A DNA stretch of 64,000 nt from Bacteriovoracia bacterium (GTDB lineage: Bacteria; Bdellovibrionota; UBA1018; CAIPTA01), in contig JBFWVL010000001.1 of assembly GCA_050246755.1 (NCBI GenBank), positions 864,001 through 928,000 on the forward strand. Reading direction: 5' to 3'. Positions 26,746 to 37,331 of this stretch are shown piece after piece. The notes below the pieces were generated by a model, which saw nothing but the letters and a program-made list of their open reading frames with translations, was not told the origin of the DNA and searched no databases. The position numbers and the translations under genes are program-made. Position 1 is the stretch's first letter, and every line of letters begins with the position of its first letter.

Positions 26746-28067
26746 ATTTTTACTTTTTCCAGGGCGGCCATCACCTTCTTGAAATTGCCCTGATTGAAAA
26801 ACCTCTTCCGGTCTAATATGAAATTCGGTAGCGAAAATTTTTCCTGCTGCGCAAGAATTTCCTGCGTGAGCTCGTGCGAAACGATGAATAGCGCGCTTAG
26901 GGGGGCGATATAATTATGGGCCAGGCCGCGGGGAAAGCCGCCGCCAGTTGGGCGCTCATGATGCTGCAGCACGATCAAATCCACGTCCGGCGGAATTTCC
27001 TGGAAAGAGCGAATCACGTCGGCGGATTTCGCGGGATGCAGGTGGTAACTCTTCACCGCTTCTTCGGGAAATTGGGCCTTGCTTTGCTCCAGCTCCTGGA
27101 GGGAATTGATCTTCGCCAGCTCGGGATGGCTTAGGGAAATATCGTGCATAAACGAAGCGAGCACCAGCTTAGAAAAAGTGGCTTCCGAGCCCCAGTCCAT
27201 TTCTTTGGCCAAGCAGCAGGCCATATGGGAAAGCAGGGTGCTGTGCTGGGATAGATAGTTTCCGCCCTTAGTCACTTTTCCGATCAAGGCCGACAGTTTC
27301 GGCTTATCGCCGATCGCTTTTAGCACCAGCTGAACGTTCTTCTTGGCCAGCGTTTGCACTTCGGGCGTAAATCCCACCCGGTGAACCAGCTCTTGCATCG
27401 CCTCTTGGGCCATCTCGGCCGTCGGCATAGCTTCTTCAGGCTTTAAATCCGTTCTCTTCAGTAGCTCATCTAACTCGTTCGTAAACTTTTGGATGAACTC
27501 GGAGGTCTCCTCCCGACGCAAGTACATATACTCCACGTGCTTTTCTTCGTAGTAGCGAGTGAGATCTTTCTCGTCGAATTCATCCCCGGTCTGAAAGAGC
27601 TTCACGAATTTCTCTCCCGAGAGCCGGATATAAATATCGCTCTTTAGCGGAGATACCCGGATCAAGAGGGAAGTGCGGATCGGGCAGTATTCCATGCCGC
27701 TCTCCGGCGGACTTTTCTCGGATAAAGGCTTTAAGAGCAAAGTGATGCCATCTACTAGCTTTACCAGCTCTACGGCGCCTAAAAGCTGTACTTCCGCTAA
27801 CTTAGACTGGTCCGGCGCTTTTCCCTTAGGGTCGTAAAAAAGAACTAGGGGAGTAGTTAACTTCTGCTCTCGAATATAAGTAAGCAGAGGAGAATCCACG
27901 GACTTGAACTCTCCGATGATGGAGTCTACTTTTTCGCCCTTCGTGAGGGCGGCAACCGCCTCGGTTTCACTGGAACATTCCAAAACGGTGGAAGGGAGGC
28001 GCGAGCTCAGCTGAAAGCTGAGAAGCTCCTTCAAATCCTTATTCTCCGTAACTAGAAGTACCCTCAT
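26742..28067 (-). CDS. pseudo-receiver + HD-GYP domain protein
   Basis: N-terminal REC-like fold lacking the canonical Asp residues; MHDI; HHERPTGGGFP (GYP to GFP). Confidence 0.8.
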   Translation of the reverse strand: MRVLLVTENKDLKELLSFQLSSRLPSTVLECSSETEAVAALTKGEKVDSIIGEFKSVDSPLLTYIREQKLTTPLVLFYDPKGKAPDQSKLAEVQLLGAVELVKLVDGITLLLKPLSEKSPPESGMEYCPIRTSLLIRVSPLKSDIYIRLSGEKFVKLFQTGDEFDEKDLTRYYEEKHVEYMYLRREETSEFIQKFTNELDELLKRTDLKPEEAMPTAEMAQEAMQELVHRVGFTPEVQTLAKKNVQLVLKAIGDKPKLSALIGKVTKGGNYLSQHSTLLSHMACCLAKEMDWGSEATFSKLVLASFMHDISLSHPELAKINSLQELEQSKAQFPEEAVKSYHLHPAKSADVIRSFQEIPPDVDLIVLQHHERPTGGGFPRGLAHNYIAPLSALFIVSHELTQEILAQQEKFSLPNFILDRKRFFNQGNFKKVMAALEKVKI

Positions 28068-28241
28068 TTACCCATTCCCTACTCGGCCGGAAGCCAAAAA
28101 TTGTGTCTATACTAAAGTTTACTCCCGGGATTTATAAACTGCCAAGAAAACCAAGCACTTACACGGAAGGTACCGGCCTAAGCGAAAAGGGTCTGAACGA
28201 TTCTTAAAAAGAAACAATCGTTCGTAAGCAATTTCTGTTGC

Positions 28242-28257
28242 TGGCCGTGTAATTGAT
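28242..28257 (+). promoter_or_regulatory. possible sigma54 promoter (GA at -12)
   Basis: TGGCCGTGTAATTGAT; IHF-like AACCAAGCACTTA near 28149. Confidence 0.35.
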
Positions 28258-28320
28258 GCATAAAGTTGTGCACCGCTGCAGACCCCAGGTGGGTATGACT
28301 GCCGCGCACCGAGGGGCCCC

Positions 28321-30804
28321 ATGAATATCCAAAAATTTGTTTTACTGCTTACGCTTTCCGCCACCGCCGTATTGGCTGGCTGCTCTAAGGAAAAACAAAC
28401 CGCCTACGAGCCACTCGTAGTGGGCATGAAACAGGAATCGGCCGTGGCCACTTCCGTAGTGAAGCCGGAAGCTAGGCTCCAGAGCCTGATGCCCGTGAAT
28501 TATAATTCGGTTATCACCGAGGTCACCCTCCGCCGATCTTCCCTTCTTGGCCGTACTTTCCTTTACGGAACCAGCCTCCAGTTTTCTTCCATCCCTGAAG
28601 AAGACATCAACGTAACCCTCATGGGCATTGCGCTCGGCCAAGTGCCCGCACAATTCCAGGTGATCGATAATTCCTTGCGCTTGATAACCGACGCCCGCCT
28701 GAATTTCGAATCGGACGTGAACCATCCCTCGCGCCTGATCCACGAATTTCCCATCCTTAAGCAGGATGCGGAAACGATCACCATCCGCGCGGAAAAAGCC
28801 TCTCCCATCTTAGGCTCCTTCATCTTCGGCCCTAAGAATGAAGTTCCCGAAATGGCCACCTTCATCCGTTCGCTGGAATATTCCGCCAGTGACGAACTCT
28901 TCCTGATCGAGAGCACCATCGAGCTCCGTAACGGATCTCTAGCGGAATTCATGGAAACCCTAACCCCCCGCGAACGCATCGTTACGGCCGACGTGAAGCC
29001 GATCTATAACGACGAAGACCTCAACGACAACGCCGCTCGCTTCCGTTTCCTCGATTCCGGAAAAGTTTTCATCGATCAGGATGCGAAACGCATTCCCACG
29101 AAAGTAGCTAACCGTTTCTTGCTCAAGAATGGCGAGCCGATCCGCTGGTACGTAACCCGTAACGTGAACACCAAATACCTCGGAGACATCAAAACCTCCG
29201 TGGAAGGATGGAACCGTTATAGCCGCGCGATGGGTAAAGCCGACATCATCCGCTTCGAAGGCCTCCTGCCCGAGGGCGTGAAAGTGGGAGACCCCCGCTA
29301 CAACGTGATCATCTGGGATAATATCCAGGACGCCGGCGCGGCCTACGAGAGCCAGAACGCCGATCCCCTCAGCGGCATACAATCGAACTCCCTGATCTAC
29401 GTTCCTTACGCTTGGATTAATATCGGGAAGCAATACTGGGCCGGAGCCAGCCATTCCGATAAGGAAAGTGCGCGCGCTGCAGCCGCCACGAAGATCCTCA
29501 AGAACCATAAGTTCATGGGCCGCGATCTTCCCGTAAATTGCATCGACAATGCCGAGCTCCACGTTTCCGAAGCCGCCAAGCAGAATCCCGAAGAGTTTGC
29601 CCGCGGCCTCCTCAAGGGCGTGATCTTTCACGAGATCGGGCACTCCCTCGGCTTAGCCCACAATTTCAAAGGTTCCCTTACCTTTGATCCGGACAATAAA
29701 GAGAAGCCGTTCTCCACTTCGATCATGGACTATAACCATTACAACGAAGAAGAGACCGCCTTCTACAATCTCGACACAGCCGATGGGCCTCTGCTCGAGT
29801 ACGACCGCCAGATCATCTCCGTGCTCTACAACGAGGGCAAAGACGTGAAGGCAACCGACGCGAAGCTTCCCGCCTGTAACGACGAAGAAGCCGACTCCTT
29901 CACGGGGGGCGTGGATCCGCTCTGCGCGCGCTACGATATCGGCGCCGATCCTACCAAACAGGCCCTGCGCATCTTGGATGTGATGACGAAGGACGATGCC
30001 CAAAATGGACGCATGCGTTCCCTATCGGCTGCGATCAAAAGCACCGTGGACGAACTGGGCAGTCCGGCCGACGTGAAAACACTGGACGAAGCCAAGACCG
30101 CCATCACCAAGCTGGCGACCGTAGTGAAAGGCACCGTGAATATTTACGTGGGCGGCGGCGCGAATAGCTTCGCCTATATCGGCTCGCAGGCGATGAAATC
30201 GCTCTACGTATTCCGCGACGACGTTCTCCCCGAAGGTTACGACGCCAACGAAATGCGCGAGCGCGCCCTTTCGGTGCTAGAAACCGCGGCCGACAATAAC
30301 TCTCTTTCGCCCGCCGCCAAGCAAGCTCTGGCCCAGGTGAGAGAAGCCGCGGGAGCTTTCCTCCTCCAGACCCAAGCCATCGCCAGCCTGGGCGCCCCGG
30401 AGAAAGAAGCCGCCTTGAATACCCTGCTCTCTACGCTGGATAAATCCTTCGTGGCCACGGAAGCTTCCTTGCTTTCGAAAGCCCGGGTAAGAATCCTCGA
30501 GGCCACTGCTTACCACGCCGAAGCTCCCGTGAGCTTCCTCACTCGTGGCGGCGCAGCGGTGGACGGCGAAGCGGCCGTGATCGGAATCCTCGAGCGCCTG
30601 GCTTCGGCAAAAGCGGGAGCAAACGATCGCCCGGTAGCGGAGCGTCTCTCGGCCATCAAAACCCTGGCCACCTACGCGAAGGCCGGCATCGGCAAAGACG
30701 CGGTTTCCCGCCTGCGTGAGTCCATCAACGTGGAAATCCGCGGCAGCACCGACGCCCGCAAGCGCGCCGACCTACGGAAACTATTGGCCACCCTGCCGTC
30801 GTGA
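28321..30804 (+). CDS. lipoprotein zinc metalloprotease (EcxA/DUF4953-like metzincin)
   Basis: Lipobox LAGC; GDPRYNVI; HEIGHSLGLAHNF; Met-turn SIMDY. Confidence 0.9.
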   Translation: MNIQKFVLLLTLSATAVLAGCSKEKQTAYEPLVVGMKQESAVATSVVKPEARLQSLMPVNYNSVITEVTLRRSSLLGRTFLYGTSLQFSSIPEEDINVTLMGIALGQVPAQFQVIDNSLRLITDARLNFESDVNHPSRLIHEFPILKQDAETITIRAEKASPILGSFIFGPKNEVPEMATFIRSLEYSASDELFLIESTIELRNGSLAEFMETLTPRERIVTADVKPIYNDEDLNDNAARFRFLDSGKVFIDQDAKRIPTKVANRFLLKNGEPIRWYVTRNVNTKYLGDIKTSVEGWNRYSRAMGKADIIRFEGLLPEGVKVGDPRYNVIIWDNIQDAGAAYESQNADPLSGIQSNSLIYVPYAWINIGKQYWAGASHSDKESARAAAATKILKNHKFMGRDLPVNCIDNAELHVSEAAKQNPEEFARGLLKGVIFHEIGHSLGLAHNFKGSLTFDPDNKEKPFSTSIMDYNHYNEEETAFYNLDTADGPLLEYDRQIISVLYNEGKDVKATDAKLPACNDEEADSFTGGVDPLCARYDIGADPTKQALRILDVMTKDDAQNGRMRSLSAAIKSTVDELGSPADVKTLDEAKTAITKLATVVKGTVNIYVGGGANSFAYIGSQAMKSLYVFRDDVLPEGYDANEMRERALSVLETAADNNSLSPAAKQALAQVREAAGAFLLQTQAIASLGAPEKEAALNTLLSTLDKSFVATEASLLSKARVRILEATAYHAEAPVSFLTRGGAAVDGEAAVIGILERLASAKAGANDRPVAERLSAIKTLATYAKAGIGKDAVSRLRESINVEIRGSTDARKRADLRKLLATLPS

Positions 30805-31469
30805 TCGCTCTTCCGTTCGTAGCCCTTAAATTATTCCTGAAAAGCCCGAGGCTCCTCGCCTTGGGCTTTTTTCCGGGTTTCTTTACGCTATTAGCCTCAT
30901 CGGTGGCCGTTTATTTTCTATGGACGGTCTATCTCATTAGCTATGCCGCGTGGATCAGTTATCCGGTGGCCATTCTCACGTTCGTGCTAGCCTGGCTCGC
31001 CTTCGGAAAAGTTTCTATCTTGCCGGTGGAAGATTTCCTGATCGATGAGTGCCAGCGCCAGAGGTTCGGCTCCGTGATCCTTCCCGGCAGACCTTGGAGC
31101 CTCGTGCGCACTTTGCTGGAGGTTCTTTTTGGGCTGATGCTCGCCTTTTTCGGTTTCTTCGTATTTTTGTTAGGGCTGGTTCCAGTATTTTCGATCCTGG
31201 CCTTGGTTTTCGCCAGCTGGCTCACTGCCTACAGTTTTCTCACCCCGGTATACCAGCGGAAATCTCCTAAGATAAGCGGGCGCCTGGCGCTTTTTTTTCA
31301 GGATGCCGCGGCGAATTTCTTTCTCGGACTGCTTTTGAATTTTCTGCTCTTCGTGCCGGCGCTCAACGTGCTGCTATTGGGTTATGCGCAGATCCTCGCC
31401 ACGCTCGTGGCCTTACGTAAGTTCCCAACGGCTAACAACCCACTGCTTTCTAGTACATATCGTAGGTAA
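30801..31469 (+). CDS. EI24/CysZ-like membrane protein
   Basis: Multi-TM; P.EDFL.D and LVPV/FVPALN patterns; GTGA overlap with the protease stop. Confidence 0.65.
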   Translation: MIALPFVALKLFLKSPRLLALGFFPGFFTLLASSVAVYFLWTVYLISYAAWISYPVAILTFVLAWLAFGKVSILPVEDFLIDECQRQRFGSVILPGRPWSLVRTLLEVLFGLMLAFFGFFVFLLGLVPVFSILALVFASWLTAYSFLTPVYQRKSPKISGRLALFFQDAAANFFLGLLLNFLLFVPALNVLLLGYAQILATLVALRKFPTANNPLLSSTYRR

Positions 31470-32586
31470 GCAAGCGGCATTCGATCGGCCCATTCCAAAG
31501 AGGAATCCGGCGAGTGGCGCGCAGCCCGATCACCTTCGCAAGCTCGGAGCTGCCGGTGAACACGGCCGCCCTCCAGCCGGGACACTTCTTCTTAAAAGTA
31601 TCTCCAAACTCTTTGTAGAGGGGCTTTAGGCTTTCCACGTCGTCGAGGCGTTCGCCGTAGGGAGGATTCATCACGATGAGCCCGGGCTTGAGGCCGGCAG
31701 GAATCTCAAAATCCTGAAAACTACGTAAGGCCACTTCCACCGTCTCGGCGAAGCCTAAGGTTTTCATTGCCGATTTCGACTGAGCCACCGCCTCGCGGTC
31801 TTGGTCAAATCCAAAGATCTGCCCGGCAACGGGATCTTTCGTGGCGTTCTCGGCATCGCCTAGGATTTTTTCCCAGCGGGGCTCGTGAAAATCGGGCCAG
31901 TTCATAAAAAGGAAACGCTCGCGCAAAAGCCCTGGCGCAATATTGCAAGCCTTCAGCATTCCTTCCGCAAGGAAAGTCCCGGAGCCGCACATAGGATCGA
32001 TGAGCGGAGTAGAAGGATCCCAGCCGGCGAGCTCGAGGATGGCGGCCGCAAGGCTCTCTTTAAGCGGAGCCGCCGCCCCTGGATCGCGGTAGCCACGCTC
32101 GTGCAGAGAAGGACCGGTCGCGTCCATATTCAGGGTACAAACGCCGTCGCGCACGTAGAGCACTACGCTGATGTCCGGGTTCTCTACATCCACATTCGGG
32201 CGGTCGCCCGTTTTTTCCCGCAAGCGATCCACGATCGCATCTTTGGCTTTTAATTTCGCGTACTGGGAATGAGAAAGGGCCGGGGACTTCTGCCCGCTCA
32301 GGGTGCAGTCCACCGCGAAGGTGAGATTTCCCTTCAGAAAAGTTTCCCACTTAAATTTTTTCACGTTCTCGTAGAGCTCTTCGGGGTCACGGCAAGGAAA
32401 AGAACGGAGCGGCAGAAGGATTCGGTTACCAGTGCGGAGCTCGAGGTGAGCGCGGTATAGTGTGTCCTGATCGCCAGTGAAAAAAACTCCGCCCGGTTGC
32501 TCTTCCGTGGTGGCACCAATGCGTTTCAGCTCTTCGGCGGTAACCGCCTCTACGCCGCGGGCGCAGGTAACAAAATATTTCGACAC
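31450..32586 (-). CDS. rlmL: THUMP-domain rRNA m2G methyltransferase (RlmL/YpsC-like)
   Basis: LHERGYR, APLKESLAA, DPMCGSGT, NPPYGERL. Confidence 0.8.
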   Translation of the reverse strand: MSKYFVTCARGVEAVTAEELKRIGATTEEQPGGVFFTGDQDTLYRAHLELRTGNRILLPLRSFPCRDPEELYENVKKFKWETFLKGNLTFAVDCTLSGQKSPALSHSQYAKLKAKDAIVDRLREKTGDRPNVDVENPDISVVLYVRDGVCTLNMDATGPSLHERGYRDPGAAAPLKESLAAAILELAGWDPSTPLIDPMCGSGTFLAEGMLKACNIAPGLLRERFLFMNWPDFHEPRWEKILGDAENATKDPVAGQIFGFDQDREAVAQSKSAMKTLGFAETVEVALRSFQDFEIPAGLKPGLIVMNPPYGERLDDVESLKPLYKEFGDTFKKKCPGWRAAVFTGSSELAKVIGLRATRRIPLWNGPIECRLLTYDMY

Positions 32587-32602
32587 GGGAACCTTCCTTA
32601 CA

Positions 32603-35248
32603 CTACTTTTCCGAAAGCGCGATCACTTCCGCCCGCAACTGATCGGCGATCTTGCGGTTGCTTTCCGGGCCGGGGGTGAGGTGGGCAAACGAAATGGGCT
32701 TGCCATAACGTACGCGCAGCTTTCCGGGCCTAGGGAAGTTCGATCCTTTTGGCATGATCCGGTAGGCGCCGTCAATAAAGACGGGTACCGCCATGGCATT
32801 TGGATGCCCAGCCAGGAGGCGCCCCACCCCTGTCTTAAAGTCCTGGATATTACCCGTGGGAGAGCGAGTGCCTTCCGGGAAAATCACCAGGGAACCACCT
32901 TCCTCGAGCGCGTAAAGACAAAGGCGCATGCTTTCGTCCACCCGGGCCTTTCGGTCGAAGGGCAAGGCATTCACCATGATCCGGGACCCAAGGGCGATCC
33001 ACCAACTGCTGAAGAAATAATCTTTGGCAGCCACGGCATAGGTGCGGTGGAGCATGGAGAGGGGCGAGGAAGTCGCGATCGCGATCATGTCGGCGTGGCT
33101 CGAATGATTTGGCGTAAAAACAAAAGGCCCGCCGCTTTTGAGGTGCTCCAGGCCTTCCACTTCCAAGCCGTGACGGATCCGGAACATCGCGCGGAAAAGA
33201 AAATTGATGATCCGGCGAGGGATGCGCCACGAAAGCTTTCCGTTCTCGGAGGGCACGAACTCCGAAAAGAGCACGCTTTTGCGTTTGCCGCTTTTCTTCT
33301 TGAGGGCTTCAGCCTCCTCGATCACCTGCACGAGATCCTGCACCACGTGGATGGTGGCGAAATCGACGCCCTCGAGCTGAATGTCGAACTTGCGCTCGAG
33401 CTGGCTCACGAGCTCCACGAAAGTAAGGCTATCCAGCCCGATATCTTTCATCAGCGAATGATTCGGGCGAATCGAGGCCGGATCCATTTTATTGATGCCG
33501 TTGATTCCGTCGGCGATGGCGCGCTCGATTTGATTATTTAAGTTTAATCCGTGCGCGGAAGATCCAGCACTGAGCCGTTCCACGGCCCTTGCCTCATCGC
33601 GCTCGAGCAAGATCTTCTTCACTTCGTGCTTCTTGATTTTACGCGTGCTGGTCTTGGGTAATTCGTCGAAAAGTATTTCCACCCGCTGCGGCCACTTGTA
33701 TTCGGAAAGACTGCGCACCACTTCCGTTACTTTTTCCGTGGCTAAGCCGCGGATCTCGTCCGTGGATTTTCCCAAAAACTTCACCCGGTCGGGAACGGCA
33801 GCGAGGGTAACTTTCTCGTTCCCGCCGCTATCGGGCATGCCAAGCACAGCCACTTCGAGAAATAGTCCGGTCTCCAGCACTAGGCTCTCGATTTCTTCGG
33901 GATAAACATTCTTGCCGGCGCCGGTGACGATGAGGTCTTTCTTCCGCCCGGTGATGCGGAGGATTCCTTCGGAGTCCAAAGTACCGAGGTCTCCGGTGCG
34001 GAACCAGCCGTTCTGAAAAGCGTCTTTATTGTGGGCTGGATCGAGATAGCCCGCGAACACATTCGGCCCTTTCGCCCAAATCTCTCCCTCAATCTCCGCC
34101 GGCAGCTTCATTCCTTCCGGGCTAAAAATCCCTATCTCTACGCCCGGCAACGCCCGGCCCACGTGATCCGGCCCGGCCGTATGTGGGCTGGTGAGGGCAA
34201 GCACCGGTGCGGTTTCGGTGAGCCCATACCCTTGGAGCACGCAGATCCCGATGCCACGGTAAAAATCAAATACGGAAGGCTGAAGGCGGGATCCCCCGGC
34301 CACGAAAAACCGGATTTTACCGCCGAGCGCGCGGTGAATCGGAAAAAAAAGCAAGCGACCCAGGCGGGGCATTGCGTGGGTAATTTCCGCGAAGTGTTTG
34401 AAAATTTCGGGCAGCGGCGGCGGTAGCGCATCGAGTTTGTTCTGCAGATTACGCGCAATCACTTCGAAAAGAAGGGGGACGCCGATCACGATCGTGGCCC
34501 TCGAATCCCGCAAGGCCCGCAACAAGTCTTCCGGCTTCAGCGTTTTTATATAAGTGACCGTGGCGCCCACTAAGCTTGGGATCACAAAACCGCCGGTGAA
34601 CTCGAGCATATGGGAAAGCGGCAATACGCTCACCACGCGATCTTTCCCGCTGGCCGCAATAGTTTTACGCACGCCCTCGGCGTTGGCCAAAATATTTCCG
34701 TGCGTGATCGGCACACCCTTGGGCTGGCCGGTGGTGCCGCTGGTATAAATCAAAACCGCCACGGATTCGGGCCGAACGGCATGATTGATCTCATCCGGGG
34801 CCTGGCTTCCAATCCAGGAATTTAGGGGGTTTTCCGTTTGCAGGTCCCAAACCAAAAATTTTGGAAATTCTGCTCTTAGCATTTCCTCGGTAGCCTTAGC
34901 CGGAATAATTCGCGAAGAAAGAATAGAGAATTTCGGCGCCGCGGAGCGAATAGTATTTAAAATTTCCACCGGGCTTGCGATCGCAGCCACCGGCACCAGC
35001 ACGGCCCCGAGATTGAAAACCGCGAGCGCCGCGATCCCCCACTCCGGGCCATTTTCCGAAACCAATACTACCCGATCGTTTTCAGCCACGCCTTGGGCGC
35101 GCAAATAAGCAGAAAATTTAAGTGCTTGCTCGCGCAGTTCCTTCCAGCCCACCGCGCGGTAACCTCCGGATTCCTTTTGCAAGCGAAACGCCGGGGCGTT
35201 CCCCCGAGTGGAGCAGAGGCCGAAGATTGTGGCGTGGAGATTAACCAT
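32603..35248 (-). CDS. fused acyl-AMP ligase - ACP - PlsC acyltransferase (Aas-like)
   Basis: YTSGTTGQPKG, GYGLTE, RTGDLG; ACP GLDSL; acyltransferase NHSSHAD and FPEGTRS. Confidence 0.92.
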   Translation of the reverse strand: MVNLHATIFGLCSTRGNAPAFRLQKESGGYRAVGWKELREQALKFSAYLRAQGVAENDRVVLVSENGPEWGIAALAVFNLGAVLVPVAAIASPVEILNTIRSAAPKFSILSSRIIPAKATEEMLRAEFPKFLVWDLQTENPLNSWIGSQAPDEINHAVRPESVAVLIYTSGTTGQPKGVPITHGNILANAEGVRKTIAASGKDRVVSVLPLSHMLEFTGGFVIPSLVGATVTYIKTLKPEDLLRALRDSRATIVIGVPLLFEVIARNLQNKLDALPPPLPEIFKHFAEITHAMPRLGRLLFFPIHRALGGKIRFFVAGGSRLQPSVFDFYRGIGICVLQGYGLTETAPVLALTSPHTAGPDHVGRALPGVEIGIFSPEGMKLPAEIEGEIWAKGPNVFAGYLDPAHNKDAFQNGWFRTGDLGTLDSEGILRITGRKKDLIVTGAGKNVYPEEIESLVLETGLFLEVAVLGMPDSGGNEKVTLAAVPDRVKFLGKSTDEIRGLATEKVTEVVRSLSEYKWPQRVEILFDELPKTSTRKIKKHEVKKILLERDEARAVERLSAGSSAHGLNLNNQIERAIADGINGINKMDPASIRPNHSLMKDIGLDSLTFVELVSQLERKFDIQLEGVDFATIHVVQDLVQVIEEAEALKKKSGKRKSVLFSEFVPSENGKLSWRIPRRIINFLFRAMFRIRHGLEVEGLEHLKSGGPFVFTPNHSSHADMIAIATSSPLSMLHRTYAVAAKDYFFSSWWIALGSRIMVNALPFDRKARVDESMRLCLYALEEGGSLVIFPEGTRSPTGNIQDFKTGVGRLLAGHPNAMAVPVFIDGAYRIMPKGSNFPRPGKLRVRYGKPISFAHLTPGPESNRKIADQLRAEVIALSEK

Positions 35249-35279
35249 CAGCGGAAATTTTAGGCTAAACTAAGAACGA

Positions 35280-36086
35280 ATGGAAACCCTCTCTTTTACC
35301 GAAAGCTTACACTCTAGGAGTAACCGCCTATTCCTCCAGCTGCGCACAGCATTGAAATTCCGCCGCAGTGGCTACCGTGAGAGCGGATCCGAAGATTTGG
35401 CCCTTAGCCCCGAGGCGGGGGTACTGGAATCTAGGTACGGGATGGGTGAGTTTTTTACGAAACTACACTCGAATAATTACCTAAAAAATCTCTCCACTTT
35501 ATCTTGGCTAGAAAACCTCCAGCCCTTCCTCGGCGAACTGCCAGAGCAAATGGAGATACTAGAAACCGGGGCCCATGATTTTTCCCGGCTTCCGGCCATC
35601 CGGAATTTTTTTACACTCAATAACTTTTCGCCCGCGATCACCGGCCTCGAGCTCGACCCGTTTCCGATTCTCACGGACCTGCATTCCCGGGCCGACAAAG
35701 CCGACTACTATATTTCGCTCACGAAAAATCCTGGCGACAAATTCCTTGCCGGAGACTTTTTCAAATCCGCTCTTCAGGCGGATTGTATCCTTTCTTTTTA
35801 CCCATTTGTTTCGGCCAACCCAGCCTTAGCTTGGGGCCTACCCGCCGAATTCGGCAGCGCCGAGAAATGGCTCGAAGGATTTTCCCGTACGCTGAAACCC
35901 GGAGGACTCTTGCTCGTGGTGCACCAGGGCGAATGGGAAGAGAAGGAATTCGATGAGGCTCGCAAAAATTTCCCTCTGGAGCTTCTCGCCAGAACCGAAG
36001 CAAATTCAGCAATCCTTACTTTACCTCACCCGCCTTGCCTAAGCGTCTACCGGCGTACACGGATTCCGGAAAATCTTTCTTCCTGA
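35280..36086 (+). CDS. putative class I SAM-dependent methyltransferase
   Basis: ILETGA motif-I-like, GLELD, GDF, LKPGG. Confidence 0.6.
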   Translation: METLSFTESLHSRSNRLFLQLRTALKFRRSGYRESGSEDLALSPEAGVLESRYGMGEFFTKLHSNNYLKNLSTLSWLENLQPFLGELPEQMEILETGAHDFSRLPAIRNFFTLNNFSPAITGLELDPFPILTDLHSRADKADYYISLTKNPGDKFLAGDFFKSALQADCILSFYPFVSANPALAWGLPAEFGSAEKWLEGFSRTLKPGGLLLVVHQGEWEEKEFDEARKNFPLELLARTEANSAILTLPHPPCLSVYRRTRIPENLSS

Positions 36087-36137
36087 ACCAATCGCCCTAC
36101 AATAAAGAGAACCCAAATCTTACTTCAAGGATGAAGC

Positions 36138-37328
36138 ATGACGATTCTCTCGGTTCTTCTCGCCCTATTTTCCACCCAAGCCTACGCCGCCAACGGAATC
36201 ATCGCCGAGCTTAAGCTCCTCGATCAGGTGGGTGCCGTAACTTTCGCGCGCGAAGAATCAATCGGGCTCGGTTACGCCTCGGTGACTGACGAACAACAAG
36301 AGAAACTTTCCGCGCTCATGCACGCCGACGGAAAATGCGGAGGCTTTGAGTCCGTGGAATTTCCTGCTAGCAATATCGCCGGCTCCGCAAAACGCGAATT
36401 GCAATCGCTAAGCTTCAAGGTGGCCGGAGAAGCACGCCGCGCGAAGTTCCTGATGAGCAATTTTTCTCTCGGCGCCAATCCCGCGCTCACGGCCGCCACC
36501 GAGGAACTGCGTGCCGAAAATATTCGCGCCACCGTGGCTTGGCTCTCCGCTTTCCCAAATCGCTATAATCGCGACCCTAAGGCCAATGCAGCCATCGATG
36601 CCATGGCCGAGCGCATTCGCGGCGTGCTTGCCAATTCACCGATCTCTTGGACTCTCGACCAAATCTCCCACCGCTCTACCACGCAGAAAAGCATCCGTGT
36701 GCGCTTCCCCGGAAAATCGCGCCCCTCGGAAATCATCGTAGTGGGCGGTCACCTCGATTCCATCAGCTCCGGCAACCTCGCTCCCGGCGCCGACGACAAC
36801 GCCTCGGGTTCCGCCTCTATCCTCGAAGCCCTGCGCGTATTCATCACCCAGGGCCAGCCCGAGCGCACCGTGGAATTCTTCTGGTACGCGGGCGAAGAAT
36901 CGGGTTTGCTCGGCTCTTCCGAAATCGCGCAGCAGTATAAGCGGGAAAGCAAAGACGTGGTGGCCGCACTTCAGCTCGACATGACGATGTTCCCCGGCGC
37001 CGGAAAATTCGTGATCATGAATACCACGGACTTCACCAGCGCCTGGCTACAGAACTATCTGAAGCTGATGAACGAAACCTACCTAAAAGTACAGATCGTG
37101 GATGAAGTATGCGGATACGCCTGCAGCGACCACGCGTCTTGGTACCGTCAAGGCTACCCATCGGTATTCCCATTCGAAGCCCCCTTCGACCGCTACAATA
37201 ACAATATTCATACCCCGCGCGACGTGATCGGACCCAATTCGGATTTCGAGCATTCGCTGGTATTCGCCAAGATCGCGCTACTCTTCGCGATGGACCTGGG
37301 TAACTCTACCGCGCGCCAGCCTAATTAA
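36138..37328 (+). CDS. secreted M28 leucyl aminopeptidase
   Basis: GHLDS, PGADDNASG, GEESGLLGS, CSDHASW. Confidence 0.93.
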   Translation: MTILSVLLALFSTQAYAANGIIAELKLLDQVGAVTFAREESIGLGYASVTDEQQEKLSALMHADGKCGGFESVEFPASNIAGSAKRELQSLSFKVAGEARRAKFLMSNFSLGANPALTAATEELRAENIRATVAWLSAFPNRYNRDPKANAAIDAMAERIRGVLANSPISWTLDQISHRSTTQKSIRVRFPGKSRPSEIIVVGGHLDSISSGNLAPGADDNASGSASILEALRVFITQGQPERTVEFFWYAGEESGLLGSSEIAQQYKRESKDVVAALQLDMTMFPGAGKFVIMNTTDFTSAWLQNYLKLMNETYLKVQIVDEVCGYACSDHASWYRQGYPSVFPFEAPFDRYNNNIHTPRDVIGPNSDFEHSLVFAKIALLFAMDLGNSTARQPN

Positions 37329-37331
37329 AAT

